DNA from: Chloroflexota bacterium
GTDB taxonomy: Bacteria; Chloroflexota; UBA11872; VXOZ01
Assembly (NCBI GenBank): GCA_963663275.1
Contig: OY760183.1
Coordinates: 3,296,001 to 3,360,000, forward strand
Length of the DNA stretch: 64,000 nucleotides
Direction of reading: 5' to 3'
Shown here: in pieces, positions 1 through 9,209 of the stretch
Position numbering within the stretch: the first letter of the stretch is position 1
How the letters are laid out: each line of letters begins with the position of its first letter
Position numbers and translations under genes: made by a program
Notes under the pieces: generated by a model
Told to the model about the DNA's origin: nothing
The model's database searches: none
What the model saw: only the letters and a program-made list of their open reading frames with translations

Positions 1-611
1 CCGGTTTCACCCACTTCAACATGGGGCACATCGGCACGATTACGGTGACGCTCGAAACGTACATTGCCGTGCTCTGCGACGTGTGCCGCAGCATCAAGGC
101 CAACGGCTTCGAGCGCATGATCATGCTCAACGGCCACGGCGGCAACGTGGCGCCGACGCAAACCACCTCCGTCAAGCTGGCGCAGGAAGACATCTGGGCG
201 CTGCACGTCACCTACTTCCACATGGTGGAGGACGAACTTAAAGAGTGGGGCGACAGCGACGACACCATCGGCCACGGCGGCGAGTGGGAAACGTCCCTGC
301 AACTCTACCTGCGCGGTCACATGGTGGACCTGGATAAACGCACGCCCAACGGCCTGGCGCCCTGGTTCAGCGATCCGGTGGTGGGCAAGTTCGCCAAGTG
401 GCCGGAACGCCGCCGGGAGGCCGACGAGGGCGTGATGGGCGATCCGTTCGTGGCCAGCGCCGAGAAAGGCGAGCGCATCTTCAATCTGGCCGTGGAACGC
501 CTCATCCTGGCCTGCAACGAACTGCACAACTACCCCGTGCGCGGCTACTTCGACCGCGGCAGCGACGCCACCCTGGGGCCGCTCTCGCCGGACGCCACGC
601 CGCCGCGCTAG
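1..611 (+). CDS. Creatininase / creatinine amidohydrolase family protein, probably 5'-truncated by the window edge
   Basis: Motifs LNGHGGN and GHGGEWETS, C-terminal GVMGDP..ASAEKG; the family's N-terminal motifs are absent, so the gene likely starts before base 1. Confidence 0.85.
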   Translation, partial: GFTHFNMGHIGTITVTLETYIAVLCDVCRSIKANGFERMIMLNGHGGNVAPTQTTSVKLAQEDIWALHVTYFHMVEDELKEWGDSDDTIGHGGEWETSLQLYLRGHMVDLDKRTPNGLAPWFSDPVVGKFAKWPERRREADEGVMGDPFVASAEKGERIFNLAVERLILACNELHNYPVRGYFDRGSDATLGPLSPDATPPR

Positions 612-655
612 CACGCATTCACGGACAACAGGGAGAGGAGAAAGAGGACATCGCC

Positions 656-2035
656 ATGAGGACGTATTCAACGCAGGAAGCGGCCAGTTTGCTGGGCATC
701 ACCAACGTGCGCGTCAACGAAATCTCGAAAGAGCGAGGGATCGGGCGCCAAGACTCCAAGAGCCGCCGCTGGAGCTATACGAGCGACGAGATCAAGCGCA
801 TTGCCGAGATTTCGCGCAAAGCGCGCCTGCCGGAAGACTTTGGCGACTTCTATCAAGAACTCGGCGTGAAGCGCGTGATCAACGCCGCCGGCACGCTCAC
901 CCGGCTCGGCGGCACGCCGATGGACGACGACGTGTTGGAAGCCATGCGCCAGGCGGCGCAGTGGAGCGTCCGCATCGAGGAACTGCAACAAGCGGCGGGG
1001 GACTACCTGGCCTCCGTCACCGGGGCCGAAGCCGGGTACGTTACGGCCGGCGCGGCGGCGGGACTGCTGGTCGGCACGGCCGCCTGCATCACCGGCCTGG
1101 ACATCCACAAGATGAACCTGCTGCCGGATACCGGCCAGATTCCCAACGAGGTCGTCGTCCAGCGCATCCACCGCAACGCCTACGACCACGCCCTGCGCAC
1201 AGCCGGGGCCAAGCTGATCGAGGTCGGCCACATCGGCCACCCCACCGGCGGCTACACGGAACCCTGGCACATCGAAACCGCCATCAACGAGCGCACGGTG
1301 GCCGTCCACTGGGTGGCAATGCCGGTGGAAGGCGCGGTGAGCCTGGAAGAAACCGTGGCCGTGGCGCACAAGCACAACGTGCCCGTGATCGTGGACGCGG
1401 CCGGCGGCCTGCCCCCCGCCGAAAACCTGCAAGGGCTTATCGCCACGGGCGCTGATCTCGTCTCCTTCTCCGGCGGCAAGGCGATCCAAGGCCCCCAGGC
1501 CTCCGGCATCCTGGTGGGACGCCGCGACCTCATCCAGTCGGTGGCCCTGCAGCACCAGGACATGGACGTGATGCCCGAGACTTGGACGCTGCGCGAGCAA
1601 CTGCTGGGCAGCGGCCGCCTGCTCGGCCCGCCGTTGCAGGGCATTGGCCGTCCGATGAAAGTGGGCAAAGAAGAGATTGCCGGCCTGCTGGCGGCGGTGA
1701 AGAAGTACGTCAGCCGGGACCACGCCGCCGCGCGCGTCGAGTGGCTCCGCCGCCTGGACGCCATCGCCGACGCGCTCAGCGACACCGAGGGCGTTTCCAC
1801 TGAGGTGGTGGGGCGCGACGGCGCTTCCTATCCCACCCTGCGCGTCTCGCTGGACGAGTCCGCGCTCGGCGTCTCGGCCATCGACCTGGTAAACCGCTTG
1901 TTCGACGGCGACCCGGCCATCGCGGTCAGCCAGTACGGCTCCCAGGAAGGCAGCGTCTCGATAAATCCGCTCAACCTGGACGGCGACAAGCCGCAACTGG
2001 TGGCGGATCGCATCAGCGCGATCGTCGCGACGTAG
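656..2035 (+). CDS. SelA/DgaE-like PLP-dependent enzyme with an N-terminal MerR/excisionase-like HTH
   Basis: LGVKRVINAAGTLTRLGG, IVDAA and SFSGGK (PLP lysine); the first ~55 aa (YSTQEAASLLGIT...RRWSYTSDEI) look like an HTH; ATG at 656 follows an AGAGGA RBS. Confidence 0.8.
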   Translation: MRTYSTQEAASLLGITNVRVNEISKERGIGRQDSKSRRWSYTSDEIKRIAEISRKARLPEDFGDFYQELGVKRVINAAGTLTRLGGTPMDDDVLEAMRQAAQWSVRIEELQQAAGDYLASVTGAEAGYVTAGAAAGLLVGTAACITGLDIHKMNLLPDTGQIPNEVVVQRIHRNAYDHALRTAGAKLIEVGHIGHPTGGYTEPWHIETAINERTVAVHWVAMPVEGAVSLEETVAVAHKHNVPVIVDAAGGLPPAENLQGLIATGADLVSFSGGKAIQGPQASGILVGRRDLIQSVALQHQDMDVMPETWTLREQLLGSGRLLGPPLQGIGRPMKVGKEEIAGLLAAVKKYVSRDHAAARVEWLRRLDAIADALSDTEGVSTEVVGRDGASYPTLRVSLDESALGVSAIDLVNRLFDGDPAIAVSQYGSQEGSVSINPLNLDGDKPQLVADRISAIVAT

Positions 2036-2211
2036 GGTTGGAGAGAGCGGTCTCTCTTGGAAATACCTATGGTAAGTGGAACTTTCAATGGCAACTCCAC
2101 TTATGACAATTCACCAAGTCCGTTCGTGGTGAGCGTGTCGAACCAAGAACGGACGCACCCGTGACCCTCGTCGTGCTCCATCCAGGCAATCACTGCTGAG
2201 ATCGATCAGCC

Positions 2212-2871
2212 ATGCGACTCCGTGACTTCGGCGCGGTAGACCAACGCTTCGCCGGCATCATCGGCCTGCGCCAAAACAAGCTGCTCTTTTCTTTGCCGGA
2301 GCCGCGCTACGCGCAAGAGGTGGAGGACGGCGGGCGGACGCTGCCGCTGTGGGGCGTTGGCGGCATGTGCGCAGCGGGCGAATCGTGGCAGGAGGCGGCG
2401 CAGCGCCACGGTGAAGCCGACACCGGCTGTGAGGTGCGGCTCTTCTCCAGCCGCGAGACCTATTATCTCAACGTCAAGAGCGACATCTTCGCGGTAGAGA
2501 TCGACGACGTGCCCGCGCCGGCCCTGCTCTACGCCGCCGCCTACCGGCCGCCGGACAACCCGTACGGCGACCTGGAAACCGTCTATGGTGTGGAGTACTT
2601 TGCCCACGTGCGCGGCGCGCCCCGGCCCGGCGCGGACACCGCCGCGCTCATCGCACTGGGACAACCCTTGCTCGTGGCGGCGGCACAGCAGGCCCTGACC
2701 CTGGACAATCTGCTGCAAGCCGGCGCGGAACTCTTCGCCAACCCGGCCCATCCACCGCTCGACCCCACGCACATCATCTCGCCGCTCGGCACGCCGCACT
2801 TCATGCTCCAGGTGCTGGACGCCGGCCACTGGTGGCAGGTTCTTTCCCTGGCCGATCTGCCGTTGCTCTGA
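2212..2871 (+). CDS. Hypothetical protein with a degenerate NUDIX-like box
   Basis: GVGGMCAAGESWQEAAQRHGEADTG resembles GX5EX7REUXEEXG but with the catalytic residues altered. Confidence 0.5.
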   Translation: MRLRDFGAVDQRFAGIIGLRQNKLLFSLPEPRYAQEVEDGGRTLPLWGVGGMCAAGESWQEAAQRHGEADTGCEVRLFSSRETYYLNVKSDIFAVEIDDVPAPALLYAAAYRPPDNPYGDLETVYGVEYFAHVRGAPRPGADTAALIALGQPLLVAAAQQALTLDNLLQAGAELFANPAHPPLDPTHIISPLGTPHFMLQVLDAGHWWQVLSLADLPLL

Positions 2872-3032
2872 GCAGCGCCCTTGTCGTTTCAAGGCTCCGC
2901 GTACCGTGCCATCCGGCAGAGATCAGGGCTGATATACTGGGGTTGGAAAGACTGACCGAATACCTCCGGCACAGAATTGCTGGATGGAGCCGGAGCGGTA
3001 AGCGTTTACGCACACCGGAGAAGAAGATCGTC

Positions 3033-3257
3033 ATGACCGCCAGCATCTCCGAAATCATCTTTGAAGTCAGCGAGGACGAAGTCGACGGTGGGTACGCGGC
3101 GAGCGCGTTGGGATACGGCATCCACACCGCCGGCGAAACGCTCGAGGAACTTCGCCGCAATGTCAGAGAAGCCGTAGACTGCTACTTCGACGCAACCATG
3201 CAGCGACCGCGTTTGATCCGTCTTCACTTCGTCCGCGACGAAGTCCTTGCCCTATGA
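3033..3257 (+). CDS. Short HicB-like antitoxin
   Basis: EIIFEV...GGYAASALGYGIHTAGETLEELRRNVREAVDCYF fold signature; 4-nt ATGA overlap with the downstream toxin. Confidence 0.75.
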   Translation: MTASISEIIFEVSEDEVDGGYAASALGYGIHTAGETLEELRRNVREAVDCYFDATMQRPRLIRLHFVRDEVLAL

Positions 3258-3496
3258 AACTGCCCCGCAATCTAAACGGGTCGGATTTAGTGAAAGCGCT
3301 GCGGCGTCTGGGGTATACGGCTACCCGGCAACGCGGTTCTCACGTGCGGGTGACAACGCAGACTAATGGCGAACATCACGAGGTTATTCCCCAACACACG
3401 CCCATCAAGACCAAGACACTATCGAACATCCTAAAAAGCATTGCGGCCCATCACGGCCTGAGTGTCGCAGAGTTGATCAAGCAGCTTGATTTGTGA
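3254..3496 (+). CDS. hicA: HicA-family mRNA interferase toxin
   Basis: DLVKALRRLGY...RQRGSH...IPQH..IKTKTLSNIL, the HicA signature with GSH. Confidence 0.85.
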   Translation: MKLPRNLNGSDLVKALRRLGYTATRQRGSHVRVTTQTNGEHHEVIPQHTPIKTKTLSNILKSIAAHHGLSVAELIKQLDL

Positions 3497-3620
3497 CCAT
3501 CCTTCCAAACTTGGCGCTTGCAGCGCCCCTGGATTGGCATTTGCTTTGGAGCAGCGTGACCACGCGAGCAGGGGCAAGATGCCACATTGTGGGGGCTTGT
3601 CTTTGCACATTGACTTTCCT

Positions 3621-4577
3621 CTATTGATGTCCCTCGACAAGACGCACCTGGCCTGTGTGCAACACCCGATTCACTTCCTCGCGGCTCGGCAAGCTGGCGA
3701 TCGCGCCTCTACCGCGCACCTTCAGACCCGCCATGACCACGCCCAGCCTTGCCGCCTCTAACGCCGTCACGCCCCGCACCAGCCCGTGCAGGAACGCGCC
3801 GTCGAAGGCGTCGCCGGCGCCGGTCGTATCGACCACGCGCGGCACAGTGAACGCGGGTACCGTCCACTTTCCGTCTTCCGTGCTCACGTACACGCCGGCC
3901 TCGCCCTGCTTGACCGCTACCGCGTACGCGCCAAAGCCATGCAGGTAGTCCGCCGTTTCTTCCGCGCTCGTCAGGCCGAACAACTGCCCTGACTCTTCAG
4001 GCCCGCTGGGCAGGGCGATGTCCACGTGGGGCAGAAGTTCCTCCGCCGCGGCCCGCGCCTCCGCCACCGACCACAGCGCCGGCCGCAGATTGGGGTCGAA
4101 CGAAACGCACACGCGCGCCTCGTTCGCAATACGCGCCGCCGCCAGCGCCGTCGCCCGCGCCGACTCCGAGATTGCCTGGGCGATGCCGCTGATGTGCAGC
4201 ACCCGCGCCTGCGCGATGTAGCCGGGATCCAGGTCCTCAGGGGTCATCGTGCTCGGCGCGCTGCCGGCCCGGTAGTAGGTGAATTCGCGTTCGCCCTGGC
4301 CGAAAGTGGAAATGAAGTAGATGCCGTTGCGTCCCTCCACCCGCTTGACGCGCGACGTATCGATGCCCAACGATTCCCAACCGTTCAGCAAGAAGGGTTG
4401 AAAAGGATCGTTGCCGACGCGGGAGAGAAAGCCGCAGGAACTCCCCAGCCGGGACGCCGCCGCCAGCAGGTTGAGCGCGTCACCGGCGAACGCCTTCTCC
4501 ACCGTGTCCGCCTCCGCCAGCGGCTGTTCGGCAAAGAACTCGACCATGCACTCACCCAAGGAGAGAATGTCAGGCAT
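3621..4577 (-). CDS. PfkB-family sugar kinase (2-keto-3-deoxygluconate kinase-like)
   Basis: GECMVE, VSFDPNLRPALW and VDTTGAGDAF; lies downstream of an eda-like gene on the same strand. Confidence 0.85.
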   Translation of the reverse strand: MPDILSLGECMVEFFAEQPLAEADTVEKAFAGDALNLLAAASRLGSSCGFLSRVGNDPFQPFLLNGWESLGIDTSRVKRVEGRNGIYFISTFGQGEREFTYYRAGSAPSTMTPEDLDPGYIAQARVLHISGIAQAISESARATALAAARIANEARVCVSFDPNLRPALWSVAEARAAAEELLPHVDIALPSGPEESGQLFGLTSAEETADYLHGFGAYAVAVKQGEAGVYVSTEDGKWTVPAFTVPRVVDTTGAGDAFDGAFLHGLVRGVTALEAARLGVVMAGLKVRGRGAIASLPSREEVNRVLHTGQVRLVEGHQ

Positions 4578-4792
4578 GTCCGGACCTTTCCATCGAGAAG
4601 TCTCCCTCTCCCCGGGGAGAGGGCCGGGGTGAGGGGAAGAATGCAGTCACCTCGACCGCCAAAGCGAACTGCACTGGGCTGTGGTAAATTTCCAATTTGG
4701 TGAACCCGCCCAAGAAAGTAGCCAGTTCCTCAATCCAGATTCCTCGCTCCGCTCGGAATGACATGCAGCGAATCCACCCGCCGGCCGGGGAG

Positions 4793-5437
4793 TCACTGCG
4801 GAGTATCCAATTCCTCCACGAACCGCCGCGCGAAGGCCGTGAGGCCGGCGTAGTCACCGGCGGCGATGAGCGACGGCGGCATCAGGCCGGAACCGAGCGC
4901 CACGCCGGCCGCGCCCGCCTCCAGGTACGCCCGGTAGTTGTCGAAGCCAATGCCGCCTGACGCAACGATGGGAACGTCCGGCAGCGGCCCCAGCACGCTC
5001 TTGACGTAGCCCGGCCCGCCGACGCTATCGATGGGAAAGACCTTCACCATGTCCGCGCCGGACTCGTAGACGTCCAGAATCTCGGTCGGCGTCAGACCGG
5101 CCATAATGCAAGGCACGTCCGCCGCGTGCGCCACCTCCACCAACGCCGGACGGTGCACGGGCCCGACGATGAACTGTGCCCCGGCCAGCAGCGCCGCTAA
5201 CGCCTGCCCGGCGGTCGTCACCGTGCCCGCTCCCACCAGGCAATCGGCGGGCTTATCCGCCTCCACCCGGGCAATGACGGCCGCGGCGTCCGGCACCGTA
5301 AACGTAATCTCCACCAAGCGGATGCCGGCGGCGTAGAGCGCCCACGCCGTCTCTACCGCCTGCGCCGCGGTCGCGGTGCGCACCACAGCCGTCAACTTCT
5401 CCTCGAGCAAATCGTCCAGCAATTCCACGCGGCTCAC
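4793..5437 (-). CDS. eda: KDPG/KHG aldolase
   Basis: AVVR, VEITF, VGAGTV, TPTEI, VKVFP and ASGG; GTG start at 5437 after AAGGAG. Confidence 0.85.
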   Translation of the reverse strand: MSRVELLDDLLEEKLTAVVRTATAAQAVETAWALYAAGIRLVEITFTVPDAAAVIARVEADKPADCLVGAGTVTTAGQALAALLAGAQFIVGPVHRPALVEVAHAADVPCIMAGLTPTEILDVYESGADMVKVFPIDSVGGPGYVKSVLGPLPDVPIVASGGIGFDNYRAYLEAGAAGVALGSGLMPPSLIAAGDYAGLTAFARRFVEELDTPQ

Positions 5438-5684
5438 AGCCTTCTCCTTTGCACCGTCTCTCGCCTCCCGCATTCCGCGCGCACACGATCGCATTCCCTG
5501 AACGCATCGACCCGCTCGGCGCGCGCAGACGCCAACTCCCCCTTGAGCCTAGCAAGAAGCCGCGCATTAAGCTAGAATACAAGCGTAGTGCGCTCTCGTC
5601 CTTCCCCATACCGCTCGCCCGCACTGCAATCTCCTCCGGCACACCGTTCCGCCGTTTCGCCGTATTGCCGTCTTCTGGGATAGA

Positions 5685-6686
5685 ATGTTGCCAAGCAAGC
5701 GCCCGCTTCGCCGCGTTATCGCTTTGCGCCCGCCGTGCGCGCTTGTGCGCGCGCGGCGTCTCTTGCCGCCCGGCTTGTGGTGGACGTTGCTCGCCGCGCT
5801 CCTCATTGCCGCGTGCAGCGCGGCCGCTGCGCCGGGCGCGCCGCTTCAGCCGGACGAGCCGTCCGGCAAGGCCGCGCCCACGCCGATTGTCGTATCGCCG
5901 GGCGCTTTTGCGCGGCGAAACCCCATGCCGGCCCCAACCGTCTCGCCGACGCCGCCGCCGACGCCGGTTCCTTCTCCCACGCCCGACTTCTCGAAACTGC
6001 CCTACGAGACCCGCATCTGGGAGGTGCGCCGGGGCGATCCTCACGCCCGCGCCGTAGCCCTTACTTTCGACGCCGGTTCCATTGCCACCTTCACGCCGTC
6101 GATGCTGGACACGCTGCGCCAGCACGACGTGCGCGTCACCATCTTCATGACCGGCGAGTTCGCCGACCGCTACCCCGACCTGCTCAAGCGGATGATCGCC
6201 GACGGGCACGAAATCGGCAACCACAGCTACTGGCACCCCGACTTCACCGAACTCGACGACGAGGAAATCCGCCGCGAACTCGCGCGCACGGAAAGAGCCG
6301 TCAAGCGGATAACGGGCGTGAGCACCAAGCCCTGGTTCCGCGCCCCGTACGGCGCGCGCAATTACCACGTTACCGACCTCGTCGTCCGCGAAGGCTACTG
6401 GAGCATCTACTGGACGATCGACACGGACGACTGGCGGGAAGAGGCCAATCCCGACTTCATCTTGCAGCGCATCCGCGACAGGCTGCAAAACGGCGCGATC
6501 ATCCTGGCCCACCTCTCCAGCCACCACACCATGGCCGCCCTGCCGGACATCTTGACCGAACTGAAGCAACAGGGCTACCGCATTGTGAAGGTCTCCGAGA
6601 TTCTGCAAGCGCCCGCGGTCACGCCCACTCCGCCGCCGCCCATCATCCTCGAACCGACGCCCACCGTGGTGCTGGCGCGCCCTTGA
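5685..6686 (+). CDS. Polysaccharide deacetylase (CE4/NodB), probable lipoprotein with a Pro/Thr linker
   Basis: ALTFDAG, HEIGNHSYWH, FRAPYG, DTDDW and GAIILAH; lipobox-like IAAC; start uncertain. Confidence 0.85.
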   Translation: MLPSKRPLRRVIALRPPCALVRARRLLPPGLWWTLLAALLIAACSAAAAPGAPLQPDEPSGKAAPTPIVVSPGAFARRNPMPAPTVSPTPPPTPVPSPTPDFSKLPYETRIWEVRRGDPHARAVALTFDAGSIATFTPSMLDTLRQHDVRVTIFMTGEFADRYPDLLKRMIADGHEIGNHSYWHPDFTELDDEEIRRELARTERAVKRITGVSTKPWFRAPYGARNYHVTDLVVREGYWSIYWTIDTDDWREEANPDFILQRIRDRLQNGAIILAHLSSHHTMAALPDILTELKQQGYRIVKVSEILQAPAVTPTPPPPIILEPTPTVVLARP

Positions 6687-6711
6687 CAGTTTCCGGCGGC
6701 TTGCGTAGAAT
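6683..6711 (+). promoter_or_regulatory. Sigma70-type promoter of the trp leader
   Basis: TTGACA-17 bp-TAGAAT, overlapping the stop codon of the deacetylase gene. Confidence 0.85.
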
Positions 6712-6734
6712 GTGAACCACAACTGAAGATACCA

Positions 6735-7057
6735 AAGGCGATGATCAGGAAGAGTACGCTGACAAGGCGGCCTCGAGAGAGCCGGGGAACGGTGGGATCC
6801 CGGTGGCGCGCGGACAGCGGAATGGGCCTGGGAGCTGTGGCCTGAACGATGGTCGCAAGAGCGGATTGAGTTAGGACGTTCGCTTACGCGGTCGCCAAGT
6901 AGGCGCCAACGGAACCCCTACCGTAGACATTGGGGCAGGCATGAAACCGCCGACGGCGGGGAGCGCCTGAGCAAACGAAGCGGGCCGCGCTATGCGGCCA
7001 AGAAGGGTGGCACCGCGAGATTCTTTCTCGTCCCTTTGGGGACGAGATTTTTTCTTT
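6735..7057 (+). promoter_or_regulatory. T-box riboswitch with a Trp specifier
   Basis: Stem I with AGTA, AGAGA and GGTGGGA motifs and GAA-TGG (UGG at 6823-6825); T-box AAGGGTGGCACCGCG at ~7003-7017; terminator TCTCGTCCC-TTTG-GGGACGAGA plus a T-run; directly upstream of trpE. Confidence 0.93.
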
Positions 7058-7084
7058 AATGCAGGAGCCTCAACGAGGAACGTC

Positions 7085-8605
7085 ATGGCAGTTACGCAAG
7101 CCGCGCCGGGCACGGTATTTGCCGGTATTCAGCCGGATCCAGACGCGGTGCGCGCGCTCGCCGCGGAGGGGCTGACCGTACCCATTTCGCGCACTATTCC
7201 CGCGGACCTGGAAACGCCGGTCTCCGCCTACCTCAAGATCGCCCAGGGCGACTATTCGTTCCTGCTGGAAAGCGTGCAAGGAGGCGAGAGCCTGGGCCGC
7301 TACTCGTTCATCGGCACGAATCCTTCCACCGTGATACGCATGGACAACGGCACGGCCACCCGCACGCGGCACGGCGCCAGCGCGTCGCGCGCCTACACAG
7401 ACCCGCTCAAGGTGCTGGAAGAGGAAATCGCCCGTACCGACCTCGCCGTCATGCCCGGCCTGCCGCGTTTTCAGGGCGGCGCGGTCGGCTACCTCGGTTA
7501 TGAGACCGTGCGCTACTTCGAGCCCCGGGTGCCCCTGCCGGCCGAGGACGCCCTGCCCGTGCCCGAGGCGATCTTCATGTTTACCGACAGCCTGGTCATG
7601 TTCGACCACGTGAAGCACAGCCTCACCATCATTGCCTACGTCTCGCCTCACGGCGACGTTGACGAAAACTACGAAACGGCGGTCGCCGCGATCGAGGACA
7701 TCAACGCCCGCCTCCACACCGCCGTGCCCACCGTGCGCGGCACGGGAAGACCGGGCGAGGCACAGCCAAGCATGACCGAGGCGCAGCACCACGCGATGGT
7801 GCGCGCCGCCAAGGAATACATCGCCGCCGGCGACATCATCCAGTCGGTGCTGGGCCTGCGCTGGTCGCGGCCTTTGGGCGTGCATCCGTATTCGGTCTAC
7901 CGGGCGCTGCGCATGATCAACCCTTCGCCGTACATGTTCTACCTGAATCTTGACGACGTGCAGATCGTCGGCGCGTCACCGGAGATGCTGGTGCGCGTGG
8001 AAGGCGCGCACGCCACCACCCGCCCCATCGCCGGCACCCGCCGCCGGGGCGGCACGCCGGAAGAAGACGCGGCTTTGGCCGAGGAACTGCTCGCCGACGA
8101 GAAAGAACGCGCCGAACACATCATGCTGGTTGACCTGGGACGCAACGACCTGGGGCGCGTCTGCCGCGCCGGTTCGGTGCACGTGCCGACGCTCATGGTG
8201 GTGGAAGAGTTTTCCCACGTCATGCACATCGTTTCGCAAGTGGAAGGCGAACTGGCGCCGGGCAAGACGGCCTTCGACGCGCTGCGCTCGTGCTTTCCGG
8301 CCGGCACGCTCTCCGGCGCGCCCAAAGTGCGCGCCATGGAGATCATCTCCGAACTGGAAGGCACCACGCGCGGGCCTTACGGCGGCGCGGTCGGCTACTT
8401 CGACTACTCCGGCAACATGGACATGGCAATCACGATTCGCACCATGACCGTGCAGGACAACACGGCCTACATCCAGGCCGGAGGCGGCATCGTGGCGGAT
8501 TCCGATCCCGAAGAGGAGTACCAGGAGGTGTGCAACAAGGCCGCCTCGACCATGCGCGCAATCGACGTTGCGGAGGAGATGGAACGTGATCTTCATGCTG
8601 GATAA
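7085..8605 (+). CDS. trpE: Anthranilate synthase component I
   Basis: ADLETPVSAY, NPSPYMF, PIAGTR, KERAEHIMLVDLGRND and PAGTLSGAPKVRAM. Confidence 0.95.
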   Translation: MAVTQAAPGTVFAGIQPDPDAVRALAAEGLTVPISRTIPADLETPVSAYLKIAQGDYSFLLESVQGGESLGRYSFIGTNPSTVIRMDNGTATRTRHGASASRAYTDPLKVLEEEIARTDLAVMPGLPRFQGGAVGYLGYETVRYFEPRVPLPAEDALPVPEAIFMFTDSLVMFDHVKHSLTIIAYVSPHGDVDENYETAVAAIEDINARLHTAVPTVRGTGRPGEAQPSMTEAQHHAMVRAAKEYIAAGDIIQSVLGLRWSRPLGVHPYSVYRALRMINPSPYMFYLNLDDVQIVGASPEMLVRVEGAHATTRPIAGTRRRGGTPEEDAALAEELLADEKERAEHIMLVDLGRNDLGRVCRAGSVHVPTLMVVEEFSHVMHIVSQVEGELAPGKTAFDALRSCFPAGTLSGAPKVRAMEIISELEGTTRGPYGGAVGYFDYSGNMDMAITIRTMTVQDNTAYIQAGGGIVADSDPEEEYQEVCNKAASTMRAIDVAEEMERDLHAG

Positions 8606-9209
8606 CTACGACTCGTTTACGTACAACCTGGTGCAGTACATGGGGGAACTGGGCGCGGAGATGGAAGTGGCGCGCAACGACAAGACCACCACCGAGTCCG
8701 TGCTGGCGCTGGAGCCGGACGGCATCGTCATCTCGCCGGGCCCGTGCACGCCCAACGAGGCCGGCATCTCCAACGACCTCATCGCGCGGGCCGCGGGCAG
8801 GATACCCTTGCTCGGCGTCTGCCTCGGCCACCAGTGCATCGGCCAGGTGTTCGGCGGCAGCGTGATACGCGCCGCTACCCTGATGCACGGCAAGACCTCG
8901 CTGATCCACCACTACGGCGGCGAACTCTTCGCGGGCCTGGAGAATCCCTTTGTGGCGACGCGCTACCATTCGCTGCTCTTGGATCCGGCGCGCGTGCCGC
9001 CGGCGCTGGACGTGACGGCAAAGGCCGACGACGGCACGATCATGAGCCTGCGCCACCGGCAGTATCCGGTCTACGGCGTGCAGTTTCACCCCGAATCCAT
9101 CCTGACCACGGAAGGCAAGAAACTCCTGCGGAACTTTCTCAATATCGTCGAGCAGCAGCGGGCGCGGGAAGGGCAAGCGACTGCCGCGCGCCAGGGAGCA
9201 GGGCAATGA
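8586..9209 (+). CDS. trpG: Anthranilate synthase component II (glutamine amidotransferase)
   Basis: DNYDSFTYNL, SPGPC, GVCLGHQ and QFHPES; GTG start overlaps the end of trpE. Confidence 0.93.
   Translation: MIFMLDNYDSFTYNLVQYMGELGAEMEVARNDKTTTESVLALEPDGIVISPGPCTPNEAGISNDLIARAAGRIPLLGVCLGHQCIGQVFGGSVIRAATLMHGKTSLIHHYGGELFAGLENPFVATRYHSLLLDPARVPPALDVTAKADDGTIMSLRHRQYPVYGVQFHPESILTTEGKKLLRNFLNIVEQQRAREGQATAARQGAGQ

Noticed and set aside
656-2035. True selenocysteine synthase SelA
   Set aside because: No selB, selC or selD nearby; motifs (SGGK, GIGRPMKVGKE) fit the DgaE-like branch
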